A stretch of 35,558 nt of DNA from an uncultured Candidatus Saccharibacteria bacterium (GTDB lineage Bacteria > Patescibacteriota > Minisyncoccia > Phycocordibacterales > JAKFXT01). The position numbers were made by a program, and so were the translations under genes. Where the stretch lies: assembly GCA_964385825.1 (NCBI GenBank), contig CAYLPX010000003.1, positions 1-35,558 of the forward strand, given 5' to 3'. Each line of letters begins with the position of its first letter. Positions within the stretch are counted from its first letter, which is position 1. This document shows positions 7,304 to 15,876 of the stretch, piece by piece. The notes under the pieces were generated by a model. It saw only the letters and a list, made by a program, of their open reading frames with translations. It was not told where the DNA came from and ran no database searches.

Positions 7304-10300
7304 ATGAGCCGTTTCGTTCACCTCCATACTCACTCTCACTACTCTCTTTTAACCGCTCTCCCTAAAATTCCCGAACTTGTTAAGGCCGCCAAAGCGGATG
7401 AAATGGTGGCTCTTGCCTTAACTGACAATGGAAACTTGTATGGGGCCATTGAATTTTACAAAGAATGCAAAAAGGCGGGTATCAACCCGATTATTGGAGT
7501 TGATTTTTACGTTGCCACGCGCACAAGACATGACAAAGAAGCCAATGTGGACAATCGTCGCTATCGTTTAGTACTCCTTGCTGAAAATAATGCCGGCTAT
7601 CAAAACCTGATTAAACTCGTCACTGAATCAAACTTAGATGGTTTCTACTACAAACCACGTGTTGACCGTGAACTACTTGAAAAATACCACGAAGGACTAC
7701 TAGCCATTATCCCCTCTTTCTCTGGAGAAACATCGGGACCCTTACGCGTCACTGATTTTGAAAAAGCACAAGATATTTTGTCGTGGCATAAAAAGATTTT
7801 CGGTGAAAACAATGTTTTTCTAGAAATCACGCACCACCCTGACATAGAAAATCACGAGGAATTAAATACTCATATCAAAACCTTGGCCAGGGATACTAAG
7901 ACTCCACTTGTAGCTGCACACGATGTATACTACATGAAGCCGGAAGACAAGAGGGCGCGTGAAGTAGTACTTTCAATTCAAAATGGTGGCGCTGGTGGTC
8001 TTTCAAATGATGAAGAAGTGGGTGATTTTTCTTTCATTTCACAAAGTGAGGCTGAAAGTTACTTCAGTGATGTACCCGAAGCCCTTGCCAACACAGTCTC
8101 TGTTGCGAGTCGCTGTAAAGTTGAACTTGAACTTGGTACTTGGACCTTCCCCAACCTTATTCTTCCGAGTGGCAAAACCTATGAAGAGGAGCTTCGTGAA
8201 CTCACTTATGCAGGTATAGAAAAAAGAAAACTAGAGAGGACCGAAGAAGTCGTTAACCGCATTGAGTACGAACTAAATATTATTAAGCTCAAAGGCTTCG
8301 CGCCATACTTTTTGGTGGTGGCTGACTTACTCCACTACGCTCACGATCACGGCATTCTTACTACTATTCGCGGGTCGGTTGCTGGATCACTTGTTACCTA
8401 CCTCTCTGGTATCACCAACATTAACCCTCTTGAATACAAACTGCCCTTTGAACGCTTCCTCAACCCTGAGAGACCTGGTGCGCCTGATATTGATATGGAC
8501 TACGCCGATAACAGACGCGATGAAATGCATGAGTACGCACGAGTAAAGTATGGCCGTGATCATGTGGCGCAAATCGGAACATTCGGAACAATGATGGCGC
8601 GTGGTGCCGTACGCGATGTGGCACGCGCTCTCGGGTATCCCTATGGAGTTGGTGATCGTATCGCCAAAATTATTCCTTTTGGATCACAGGGTTTCCCCAT
8701 GACCATCGCCCACGCACTTGAAATCACTCCCGAACTTCAAGAAATCTACAAAAAAGAAGAAGATGTGCGGGAAATTATAGACATGGCCCAAAAAATTGAA
8801 GGTAATGCTCGTCATATCTCTATCCACGCAGCTGGTGTAGTTATTTCCAATCGCCCCTTAAATGAGGTTGTTCCTGTGCAGTACGACCCAAAGGAGGGTA
8901 ATAAAATCATCACACAATACGACATGTGGTGTATTGAAGATGTAGGGCTCCTTAAATTTGATTTTCTCGGTATCCGCAACCTAGCTATCCTCTCTGATGC
9001 AATGCGTCTCGTAAAAATTCATAACAATATCGTGGTGGACATTGAAAACGTCCCCCTTGATGACAAAAAAACTTTTGAACTACTCGCAAAGGGCGAAACA
9101 ATGGGACTATTCCAGCTCAATGGCTCAGGTATGACCAGATACCTTAAGGAATTGAAGCCGACGACCATTCACGATATCAACGCGATGGTGGCGCTCTATC
9201 GCCCAGGGCCTTTGGAATCCATTCCCTCATACATTGAACGCAAACATGACGCTTCTAAAGTCACCTATCTTGATCCGCGACTTAAAGATATTTTGGATCA
9301 ATCATACGGAGTGATTACCTATCAGGATGACGTGCTTTTAACGGCTATTAACCTGGCCGGATACTCATGGCTTGAAGCCGACAAACTCCGCAAGGCCATG
9401 GGTAAAAAAATTCCAGAGGTAATGCAAGCCGAAAAAGAAAAACTCATCAAAGGCTTCATTGAGTTCGGTAAACTAACCCCTCAAAAAGCTCAGAAACTTT
9501 GGGAACTTATTGAACCCTTTGCTGCGTACGGGTTCAATAAAGCCCATGCAGCCAGCTATGGTAAAGTCGCGTATCAAACAGCCTACATGAAGGCCAATTT
9601 TCCTGGAGAATACATGACTGCGGTACTGACCGCTGAATCGGGAGACGTGGAGGAAGTAGCTATCATTATCGCCGAATGTACGCGCATGGGACTTTCTGTG
9701 TTACCACCTGACATTAACGAGTCCTTCCGTGACTTTACCTTAGTGCGCAAAGAGCAAGCCAAGGACTGTATTCGATTTGGACTTGGAAGTATTAAAAACT
9801 TTGGTGAAGGTATCGCTGGCGCCATTATTGAGGAACGCACAAGAGGTGGTAGGTTTACTTCACTACCTGATTTTCTAACTCGCATTCAAAATAGAAACTT
9901 AAACAAAAAATCACTAGAGGCCCTTATCTATTCAGGAGCACTCGATACAATGGGAGAGCGTGGTAATCTGCTTTTCAACATTGAAGCCCTCCTCGCATAC
10001 AATCGTGATGCCAAAAAAGACGTAGATCAAACTTCCCTATTCGGTGGACTTGGGGGTGGAACAAGCGCTGTACAGTTAAAACCAAGTGAGCCGATGGGTC
10101 AAACTGAAAAACTAAAATGGGAAAAAGAACTTCTTGGTCTCTATATTTCAGGACACCCGCTTGATAAGCATAGAGAAAAACTTGCTGGCAAAAGCAGAAC
10201 CATAGAACAAATCAAAACAACGCTGCAAGACGGCATGATGGCAGTAGCACACGGCATCATAGAAGAAGTTAAGCCACTACTCACCAAAAAGGGGGACCGT

Positions 10301-10477
10301 ATGCTCTTCCTTAAAATTGCTGATTATTCTGATTCACTTGAAATCGTAGTGTTCCCACGCACCTACACCGAACACAAAGATCTTTTTGTAGTTGAAAAAT
10401 GTATAGCTATAAAAGGCAAAATATCGCATCGCAACGGCGCCGTGAGTCTCATTGCTGACGCGGTAAAAGCACTGTAA
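7304..10477 (+). CDS. dnaE: DNA polymerase III alpha subunit
   Basis: N-terminal PHP domain (HLHTHSHYSLL), a polymerase core (GLLKFDFLGIRNL, FNKAHAASYG) and a C-terminal OB-like region. Confidence 0.95.
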   Translation: MSRFVHLHTHSHYSLLTALPKIPELVKAAKADEMVALALTDNGNLYGAIEFYKECKKAGINPIIGVDFYVATRTRHDKEANVDNRRYRLVLLAENNAGYQNLIKLVTESNLDGFYYKPRVDRELLEKYHEGLLAIIPSFSGETSGPLRVTDFEKAQDILSWHKKIFGENNVFLEITHHPDIENHEELNTHIKTLARDTKTPLVAAHDVYYMKPEDKRAREVVLSIQNGGAGGLSNDEEVGDFSFISQSEAESYFSDVPEALANTVSVASRCKVELELGTWTFPNLILPSGKTYEEELRELTYAGIEKRKLERTEEVVNRIEYELNIIKLKGFAPYFLVVADLLHYAHDHGILTTIRGSVAGSLVTYLSGITNINPLEYKLPFERFLNPERPGAPDIDMDYADNRRDEMHEYARVKYGRDHVAQIGTFGTMMARGAVRDVARALGYPYGVGDRIAKIIPFGSQGFPMTIAHALEITPELQEIYKKEEDVREIIDMAQKIEGNARHISIHAAGVVISNRPLNEVVPVQYDPKEGNKIITQYDMWCIEDVGLLKFDFLGIRNLAILSDAMRLVKIHNNIVVDIENVPLDDKKTFELLAKGETMGLFQLNGSGMTRYLKELKPTTIHDINAMVALYRPGPLESIPSYIERKHDASKVTYLDPRLKDILDQSYGVITYQDDVLLTAINLAGYSWLEADKLRKAMGKKIPEVMQAEKEKLIKGFIEFGKLTPQKAQKLWELIEPFAAYGFNKAHAASYGKVAYQTAYMKANFPGEYMTAVLTAESGDVEEVAIIIAECTRMGLSVLPPDINESFRDFTLVRKEQAKDCIRFGLGSIKNFGEGIAGAIIEERTRGGRFTSLPDFLTRIQNRNLNKKSLEALIYSGALDTMGERGNLLFNIEALLAYNRDAKKDVDQTSLFGGLGGGTSAVQLKPSEPMGQTEKLKWEKELLGLYISGHPLDKHREKLAGKSRTIEQIKTTLQDGMMAVAHGIIEEVKPLLTKKGDRMLFLKIADYSDSLEIVVFPRTYTEHKDLFVVEKCIAIKGKISHRNGAVSLIADAVKAL

Positions 10478-10562
10478 CAGTTGATAACTCCTTTTTTCAA
10501 AAAATAAAGGAGTACAATTATACATAGATGTAGGCCGCCCACCTTCAAGAAAGGAGGACTTC

Positions 10563-10781
10563 ATGAGCGCAGCCCAAACGCTTCAAGACCAACCCGCCAC
10601 TCAACAGCAGGTGCAGCAGCAGCAAAAGCAGCAAAGAGGTGCAGTTGAAGTGCAAGAAGATGCACTAATGCATCTGGGCGCTGACCCCGCTGTGTATGCT
10701 GACGATGACACTCCCAAGACTCCACAGAGAAGGGCATTGCGGCGAGCGCCGATTGATGACCTTGTGGATGATGGGGTTTAG
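10563..10781 (+). CDS. Orphan Gln-rich/acidic small protein (72 aa) in high-GC cassette B
   Basis: AGGAGG SD 5 nt upstream of the ATG and a terminator downstream. Line 10561-10620 counts 60% GC. The sequence is low complexity (QQQVQQQQKQQ) and likely disordered. Confidence 0.45.
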   Translation: MSAAQTLQDQPATQQQVQQQQKQQRGAVEVQEDALMHLGADPAVYADDDTPKTPQRRALRRAPIDDLVDDGV

Positions 10782-10796
10782 TGGTTCACCCCCTTG

Positions 10797-10827
10797 AAAT
10801 GGGCGCCTTTGGTGCCCATTTGTTTTG
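10797..10827 (+). terminator. Intrinsic terminator of cassette B
   Basis: Stem AAATGGGCGCC/GGTGCCCATTT with one G-T wobble, followed by GTTTTG. Confidence 0.55.
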
Positions 10828-10861
10828 CGTAAACCTATAAAATGCTATAGTCTGTAACATT

Positions 10862-12100
10862 ATGGAAGAAAAAGAAAACGACCACAAAAAACTAGGTAAG
10901 GAGCTTGATTTATTTACTTTCTCAAGCACCGTTGGTAAGGGTCTACCACTCTGGACCGCTAAAGGGGCGGCGCTTCGTCGTTCACTTGAAAGATTTATTG
11001 TTGATGAAGAAATCAAACGCGGATATCAGCATGTCTACACCCCAGCAATTGCAAAACTAGATCTATATAAAAAGTCCGGTCACTACCCCCACTACAAGGA
11101 TTCCATGTATGCTCCAATTGTCATTGACGATGAGGAGTTCATGCTTCGTCCGATGACCTGCCCTCACCACTTTGAACTATATGCTCGCAAACCGTGGAGC
11201 TACCGTGAACTACCAGTTCGTATAGGAGAACTTGCTCAACTATATCGCTATGAGCAATCAGGAGAACTTATGGGCCTCCAACGAGTTCGTACCTTCTGTT
11301 TGGCTGATGCCCACATCATCTGTGTCAGTGAAGAGCAGGCGATTGAAGAAATTAGCGGAGCGCTTGATCTTATTGAATATGTATCTGGAGTCTTTGGGTT
11401 AAAGCAGGGAGTGGATTTTAAATACCGACTCTCACTTGGCGACCGTGATAATGCTGAAAAATACTACAAAAACGACGCCGCATGGGAGAAGGGAGAAGAT
11501 CTGCTTCGCAAACTTATGCAAAAGCGTAACCAGCCTTTTGTTGAAGCTAAAGATGAAGCTGCATTTTATGGACCAAAAATTGATGTGCAGATGAAAAATG
11601 CAAACGGTAAAGAGGACACTGCTTTTACCGTTCAGTATGACTTTTGTATGCCAGAGCGCTTTAACCTTACCTACATTGGGGATGATGGGAAAGAACACCG
11701 CGCATTTGTAGTCCACCGATCTTCAATAGGTGCTATTGAACGAGTAGTAGCTTTTCTCATTGAACATTTTGCTGGTGCCTTCCCTCTTTGGCTCTCACCA
11801 ATACAAACAACTATTCTCCCAATTAGTGAAAAACATGTTGCTTATGCCAAAGCATTAGAAAAGAAACTGATGGCAGAAAATATTCGTGTAGCGGTAGATG
11901 AAAGCAATGAATCACTGGGTAAAAAAATCCGCAATGCTAAAAACGAAAAGATTCCTTACCTCCTTGTGGTTGGTGATAAAGAAATAGAAACGAATGGCGC
12001 AAGTGTAGAAAGTCGTGACAAGGGAGCGCTTGGCGCCATGAGTGTGGAGGAAATTGTAGAGAAATTAACGATCGAAATTAAAGACAAAAGTCTTACGTAA
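10862..12100 (+). CDS. thrS: Threonyl-tRNA synthetase, catalytic plus anticodon-binding core only (412 aa)
   Basis: It starts at the DHKKLGKELDLF motif that opens the class II core. HRAFVVHRSSIGAIERVVAFLIEH is present, and the C-terminus looks like an anticodon-binding domain. No TGS or editing domain is present. A TATAGT -10 lies 10 nt before the ATG. Confidence 0.9.
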   Translation: MEEKENDHKKLGKELDLFTFSSTVGKGLPLWTAKGAALRRSLERFIVDEEIKRGYQHVYTPAIAKLDLYKKSGHYPHYKDSMYAPIVIDDEEFMLRPMTCPHHFELYARKPWSYRELPVRIGELAQLYRYEQSGELMGLQRVRTFCLADAHIICVSEEQAIEEISGALDLIEYVSGVFGLKQGVDFKYRLSLGDRDNAEKYYKNDAAWEKGEDLLRKLMQKRNQPFVEAKDEAAFYGPKIDVQMKNANGKEDTAFTVQYDFCMPERFNLTYIGDDGKEHRAFVVHRSSIGAIERVVAFLIEHFAGAFPLWLSPIQTTILPISEKHVAYAKALEKKLMAENIRVAVDESNESLGKKIRNAKNEKIPYLLVVGDKEIETNGASVESRDKGALGAMSVEEIVEKLTIEIKDKSLT

Positions 12101-12105
12101 GATTT

Positions 12106-12153
12106 AAAACAACAAAATCCCCGGAAGCTTCGCTTCCGGGGATTTTGTTGTTT
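12106..12153. terminator. Bidirectional intrinsic terminator between the convergent thrS and LPYTG-protein genes
   Basis: Perfect long palindrome AAAACAACAAAATCCCCGGAAGC-TTC-GCTTCCGGGGATTTTGTTGTTT, with A/T runs on both sides. Confidence 0.8.
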
Positions 12154-14224
12154 ACGCAAAGACTGGAACCAGTACCTTTGAGGAAAGTTCTTTCTCCTCC
12201 TTTATACGCTCTACAGCGAGCAAGAACGCATACACATCAGCCTCTAGCATATGAAGCTTCATAAGGAAGTTCTGTGCCTTCTTTTCTTCTTTGCGCATAA
12301 GCAAATCCACATAGGAACTAGCAAGTGAACAATAAGTATCAGCAAGAAGTTTCTTAACCTTAGCGAGCGTCAAAATAGCTACCATATCCTCAGCAAGCTC
12401 ACTCTTCATAACGAGAATAGCGCTGGTGAGTAAGCTGTGGGCAACAGCACTGTCTCCTTCAGCAATATTGTAGATGAGTTCTGCAGCATCTTCCTTAAGC
12501 AGCGCGCCCTCACGGCGAGCATAAGCAACAAGCTTCTCAAGAATATTGGTTGGTATAGCTGTAACAAGTGGCAACACTACTTCAGGAGCTTGTGGTGAAC
12601 TCACAACGATTTCCCGCTCTCGTGCCAACGTTTGAACCTTTCCTGTAAACTTCTTGCGAAGCACGCTCAAGATGAGCACATACTTGGCGGTAAATGCGCG
12701 AAGAGGTGCAAAATCCTGCCCATATACGGAAACATAGGCGAGGGTCATACTTACCAATAGGAGGGCGAGTACGAACAGTATCGCAACTATCATGTCGCCA
12801 ATACCGGTATACGGAAGCTGGTTAAGATAAAGTCCAGCATACGGAGTAGACGCAAGGTACACAGAAGGATTCACCCCGCCTCCACTTGAAGTTACTGTTA
12901 CATTAGGAACTGGTGATCCACCTCCGCCCCCGCCGCCTCCACCACCTCCTCCGCCAGAACCTGAATTTACAGAAAGTGAAAGTGCCCCAGTGCCTGTGCC
13001 ACAATTATTAGTTGCAGAGAAATTAAGTACATATGAACCAATCGTGCTGACAGTTCCAGAAATAACACCCGTACTGGTGCTTACAGAAAGACCTGCTGGC
13101 AAACTTGATGCTGCGAAGGAGGTTGGATTATTGGTTGCAGTAATAGTGTAAGTAAACGGAGTATCAACTACCACATTAGCTGAAGTACCACTTGTAATAA
13201 CTGGTACGCCAGGAATACAAGGTCCACCCACAGGTACGATAACGATAGTGAGAGTCTGTGCTCCAGATCCACATGCGTTAGTTGCCGTAATAGTCACCGT
13301 ATAAGTTCCAGCTGTTGTTGGAGTACCACTAATTGTGGCACCAGAGAAAGTAAGTCCTGGAGGAAGTGATCCTGCGGTGAAAGTAATAGGGGCTGTTCCA
13401 GATCCGCTTATAGTGTACGAGAAAGCAGTGCCCACAACACCATTAGCAGAAGCTGTAGAAGCAACAGTAACTGCTACACAAGGAGTTGAAGTTGGAGTAG
13501 TTGTTCCAGGAGGCACTATCACCGCTGGTGGAACACTAGCATCAGAATTATTTGAGTTATGAATAAGCGGGATAGCGAGCAGTGCAACCCACCATGGGAA
13601 AGCGTCTTCCTGTGTTCCACCTCCAATATCTACACCAGTCGTATTATCACCACCTCCGATATCAATACCGTTTGTATTATTTCCACCTCCAATGTCTATA
13701 CCATTTGTATTATCCCCTCCACCAATATCTGAAGTTGAAACTGGCTGTATATTACTAGTTGTTACTACATTATTCCCTCCACCAATATCTTCTCCCCACA
13801 TGGTATTTGGCCCATAAAAATTTGAACCATTATCAGAAGAAGTATCTCCTCCTCCAATATTATCCCCCCAAAAACTAGTATTAGCCGTCGTGTTGTTATA
13901 AGAACCTGCATAATCCATATAGTCATCATATGAAGGAAGAGTGATAGGTGGAGGTGCTATCTCCATCTGAGCTGGAAAAATATTTCCACCCACACCTTCC
14001 CCTGAAAGATCTATTGGGGTATCTACATTATCAAAATTAAAATACTCTTCATCGTCAGCTTTTACATTTGTTACAGAATCTAGGGTTGCAAGTTGAGGCG
14101 TCACTATAAGTGAGGTTGGCGCAAAAAGTGTCGTTATGAGAAATAGCACGAAAAGCCCACGAACGAACATACTCGTTTTGGTTTTATTATTCTTTTTTAT
14201 ATTCATGATATTTTTCATATTCAT
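12152..14224 (-). CDS. Surface protein with DIGGG repeats, two Ig-like domains, a poly-Gly linker, an LPYTG motif plus TM segment, and a long cytoplasmic tail
   Basis: N-terminal anchor/signal (GLFVLFLITTLFAP) and DIGGG(D/N)NT repeats. Two Ig-like repeats have the TFTAGSLPPGLTFSGATISGTPT / SFAASSLPAGLSVSTSTGVISGTV pattern. A G13 tract is followed by LNQLPYTG (aa 470-474), the hydrophobic helix IGDMIVAILFVLALLLVSMTLAYV, and about 190 further helical residues. Confidence 0.75.
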   Translation of the reverse strand: MNMKNIMNIKKNNKTKTSMFVRGLFVLFLITTLFAPTSLIVTPQLATLDSVTNVKADDEEYFNFDNVDTPIDLSGEGVGGNIFPAQMEIAPPPITLPSYDDYMDYAGSYNNTTANTSFWGDNIGGGDTSSDNGSNFYGPNTMWGEDIGGGNNVVTTSNIQPVSTSDIGGGDNTNGIDIGGGNNTNGIDIGGGDNTTGVDIGGGTQEDAFPWWVALLAIPLIHNSNNSDASVPPAVIVPPGTTTPTSTPCVAVTVASTASANGVVGTAFSYTISGSGTAPITFTAGSLPPGLTFSGATISGTPTTAGTYTVTITATNACGSGAQTLTIVIVPVGGPCIPGVPVITSGTSANVVVDTPFTYTITATNNPTSFAASSLPAGLSVSTSTGVISGTVSTIGSYVLNFSATNNCGTGTGALSLSVNSGSGGGGGGGGGGGGGSPVPNVTVTSSGGGVNPSVYLASTPYAGLYLNQLPYTGIGDMIVAILFVLALLLVSMTLAYVSVYGQDFAPLRAFTAKYVLILSVLRKKFTGKVQTLAREREIVVSSPQAPEVVLPLVTAIPTNILEKLVAYARREGALLKEDAAELIYNIAEGDSAVAHSLLTSAILVMKSELAEDMVAILTLAKVKKLLADTYCSLASSYVDLLMRKEEKKAQNFLMKLHMLEADVYAFLLAVERIKEEKELSSKVLVPVFA
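13617..13735 (-). repeat. 33-nt tandem coding repeats (3.5 copies) encoding DIGGG(D/N)NTNGI
   Basis: Units at 13617-13649, 13650-13682 and 13683-13715, plus a partial fourth. Diverged copies of ccTCCaccaATATC lie near 13783 and 13849. Confidence 0.8.
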
Positions 14225-14285
14225 TTTTTCGCTAACAGTGCTGTAAAAAAATCGTGGTCTGTAATTACTAGCATAAAATGGGTCA

Positions 14286-14310
14286 GGAGGAGGAACCGAA
14301 GTTCCCCTCC
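14286..14310 (-). terminator. Hairpin with a C(UUCG)G tetraloop downstream of the high-GC lipoprotein gene
   Basis: Minus strand: GGAGGGGAAC-TTCG-GTTCCTCCTCC, a 10-bp stem with one bulge. The weak T-run means terminator function is uncertain. Confidence 0.35.
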
Positions 14311-14323
14311 CTTCCCGAACGAA

Positions 14324-15685
14324 TCACCAGCTCCGCATTGCGGTTTGCGCCGAAGGGCGAGTTACGGCATGGAAATGCCGATGGCATTCCCCCTGCGCCA
14401 AGTCCGGCGGCCGCATTTCACCCACCGTCATCCGCATGGTCGGCTTCCCGGATGCCTTGGGCGGAGACATGAGGTCGCCCTCATACACCGCTTCGAACCA
14501 ACTGGAGAACGCCGATTGCGGAACCACCATCGGCAGATCTTTGCCTTCCCAGCCGTAGGTGCCGAAGTTTTGCCAGCCGTTTTGCTGCTGACTGTGCATC
14601 AGGAGCTTTAGGTTGGGATCGGCCGGCGCATATCGGATCGCACCTGCCTCATACGCCTGCCGGAACTTCGCTCCGAGCTGGCGCGAGACCGACGCTGACT
14701 GAAATCCGCTCTCCCGAGCGGTGAGGTCAAGCACCTGCTGGCGCAATTCGGGCGGCAACGAGTTGCCATCCCAGATATGCGCATGCAGGGTCAGTGCGGT
14801 ACAACCGGCCGGTGCAACCACCGGCAAAACCGGCTGTTGCTGCACCAACTTCGGCGGCAATTCCGCCGCTTTGACTGGCGCCTTGGGGATGCAGATCTCG
14901 AGGATCAATTCCCCTGGCGCGCAGTTGCGCTGGAAGTAGCCGCCGAATTGCGTACGGGCCGTGTTGTTGTAGGACATGGCATACTTTGCAGTATGCGCCG
15001 CCGTGCACTTCACAGTGCGAAAGGTGTTCTTGCTGAAAAATTCCAGCAAGGCCACCTGCTCCGTCCGCCCTTCGGCGGTTGGAACCGGCATGCCGTTCGC
15101 ACGGAGTTCCTGCGCGAATGCCTTGAGGTCTTCCGGGAGAAGCCTCTTGTCGCCGACCTTGAGCGCCTCCAGGAACTGGGGGAACGTCAAGGCGGTATTC
15201 TTCTTGAAGAAGAAGGCATGTTGCGCCTTCGGCAGCGCGAGTTTCACCCCGCGCTGCTTCAGTTGCTCCACCTGCTCCAGCACGTTACCGCACCAGAGAG
15301 AGATGACCCCATCCCAGTCGCAGTTGTTTTGCAACGCCGCGATTTGAGTCGGATTGGTCACCTGGCCGGCGGCCGTTGCGGCCGCCGGGGCAGGAGCTGC
15401 TGCAGCCGGCTTGGAAGCCGATGCGGCAGGTGCCGAAGCTTGCGCTACGGCTGCGGGTGCAGCGGCCGGTGCGGCCGCTGTCGAAGCCGGAGCCGACGCT
15501 TTCGCACGCGGATCCGGCTTGCAAGGAACCCTTGCAGGCGCCCCACCCCCGATCGTACGAGTATTGCTGTCGCACATGCCATCCGCCGAAGCGGTTGGCT
15601 CACCGAAGACCCCCTTCATGAAGGAACCTCCAGCACATCCCGTCAGGGCAAATGCCAAGACGGTTACTGCAACGCGAGTGTACAT
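14324..15685 (-). CDS. Orphan lipoprotein with an Ala/Pro-rich linker (about 453 aa) in high-GC cassette C
   Basis: Internal start MYTRVAVTVLAFALTGCAG carries a lipobox (L-T-G-C); the ORF-track start at 15748 is probably too far upstream. The linker reads ASAPASTAAAPAAAPAAVAQASAPAAS.... Lines count 67% GC (14401-14460) and 80% GC (15361-15420). I recognise no family for the C-terminal two-thirds. Confidence 0.6.
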   Translation of the reverse strand: MYTRVAVTVLAFALTGCAGGSFMKGVFGEPTASADGMCDSNTRTIGGGAPARVPCKPDPRAKASAPASTAAAPAAAPAAVAQASAPAASASKPAAAAPAPAAATAAGQVTNPTQIAALQNNCDWDGVISLWCGNVLEQVEQLKQRGVKLALPKAQHAFFFKKNTALTFPQFLEALKVGDKRLLPEDLKAFAQELRANGMPVPTAEGRTEQVALLEFFSKNTFRTVKCTAAHTAKYAMSYNNTARTQFGGYFQRNCAPGELILEICIPKAPVKAAELPPKLVQQQPVLPVVAPAGCTALTLHAHIWDGNSLPPELRQQVLDLTARESGFQSASVSRQLGAKFRQAYEAGAIRYAPADPNLKLLMHSQQQNGWQNFGTYGWEGKDLPMVVPQSAFSSWFEAVYEGDLMSPPKASGKPTMRMTVGEMRPPDLAQGECHRHFHAVTRPSAQTAMRSW

Positions 15686-15814
15686 GACTGAACCCTTTCT
15701 AGTGGTTGAGTTTGATTCGTTACTTATACTTCCCGAGCGCGCGGACATCTACTACAATGCACGCTTGCGTTTGAGAAGTACAAGATTTCTCAAAGAACAG
15801 CTCCCCACCTTACG

Positions 15815-15856
15815 GTGAAGATTGAGAGAGGGACAAGTCCTTCTCTCAATCTTCAC
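15815..15856. other. 18-bp-stem hairpin between sortase and cassette C
   Basis: GTGAAGATTGAGAGAGGG / CCTTCTCTCAATCTTCAC with one G-T wobble and loop ACAAGT. No flanking T-run, so it is either an atypical terminator for the sortase gene or a cassette boundary element. Confidence 0.5.
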
Positions 15857-15876
15857 AACAAGAAATTTTCAAATTT

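Noticed and set aside
13617-13735. Regularly spaced 33-nt direct repeats that could be mistaken for a small CRISPR array
   Set aside because: The units are contiguous with no spacers, are in frame inside a long ORF, and encode the DIGGG peptide repeat.
14345-15818. Many long ORFs on both strands inside cassette C, for example 14777..15691 (+, 304 aa), 15354..15818 (+, 154 aa), 14976..15347 (+) and 14727..15008 (-)
   Set aside because: High GC depletes stop codons, so shadow ORFs are expected. Their products are Arg/Gly/Cys/Ala-rich low-complexity strings with no signal, SD or start context. Only the minus-strand frame gives a lipobox signal peptide and a globular-looking sequence.
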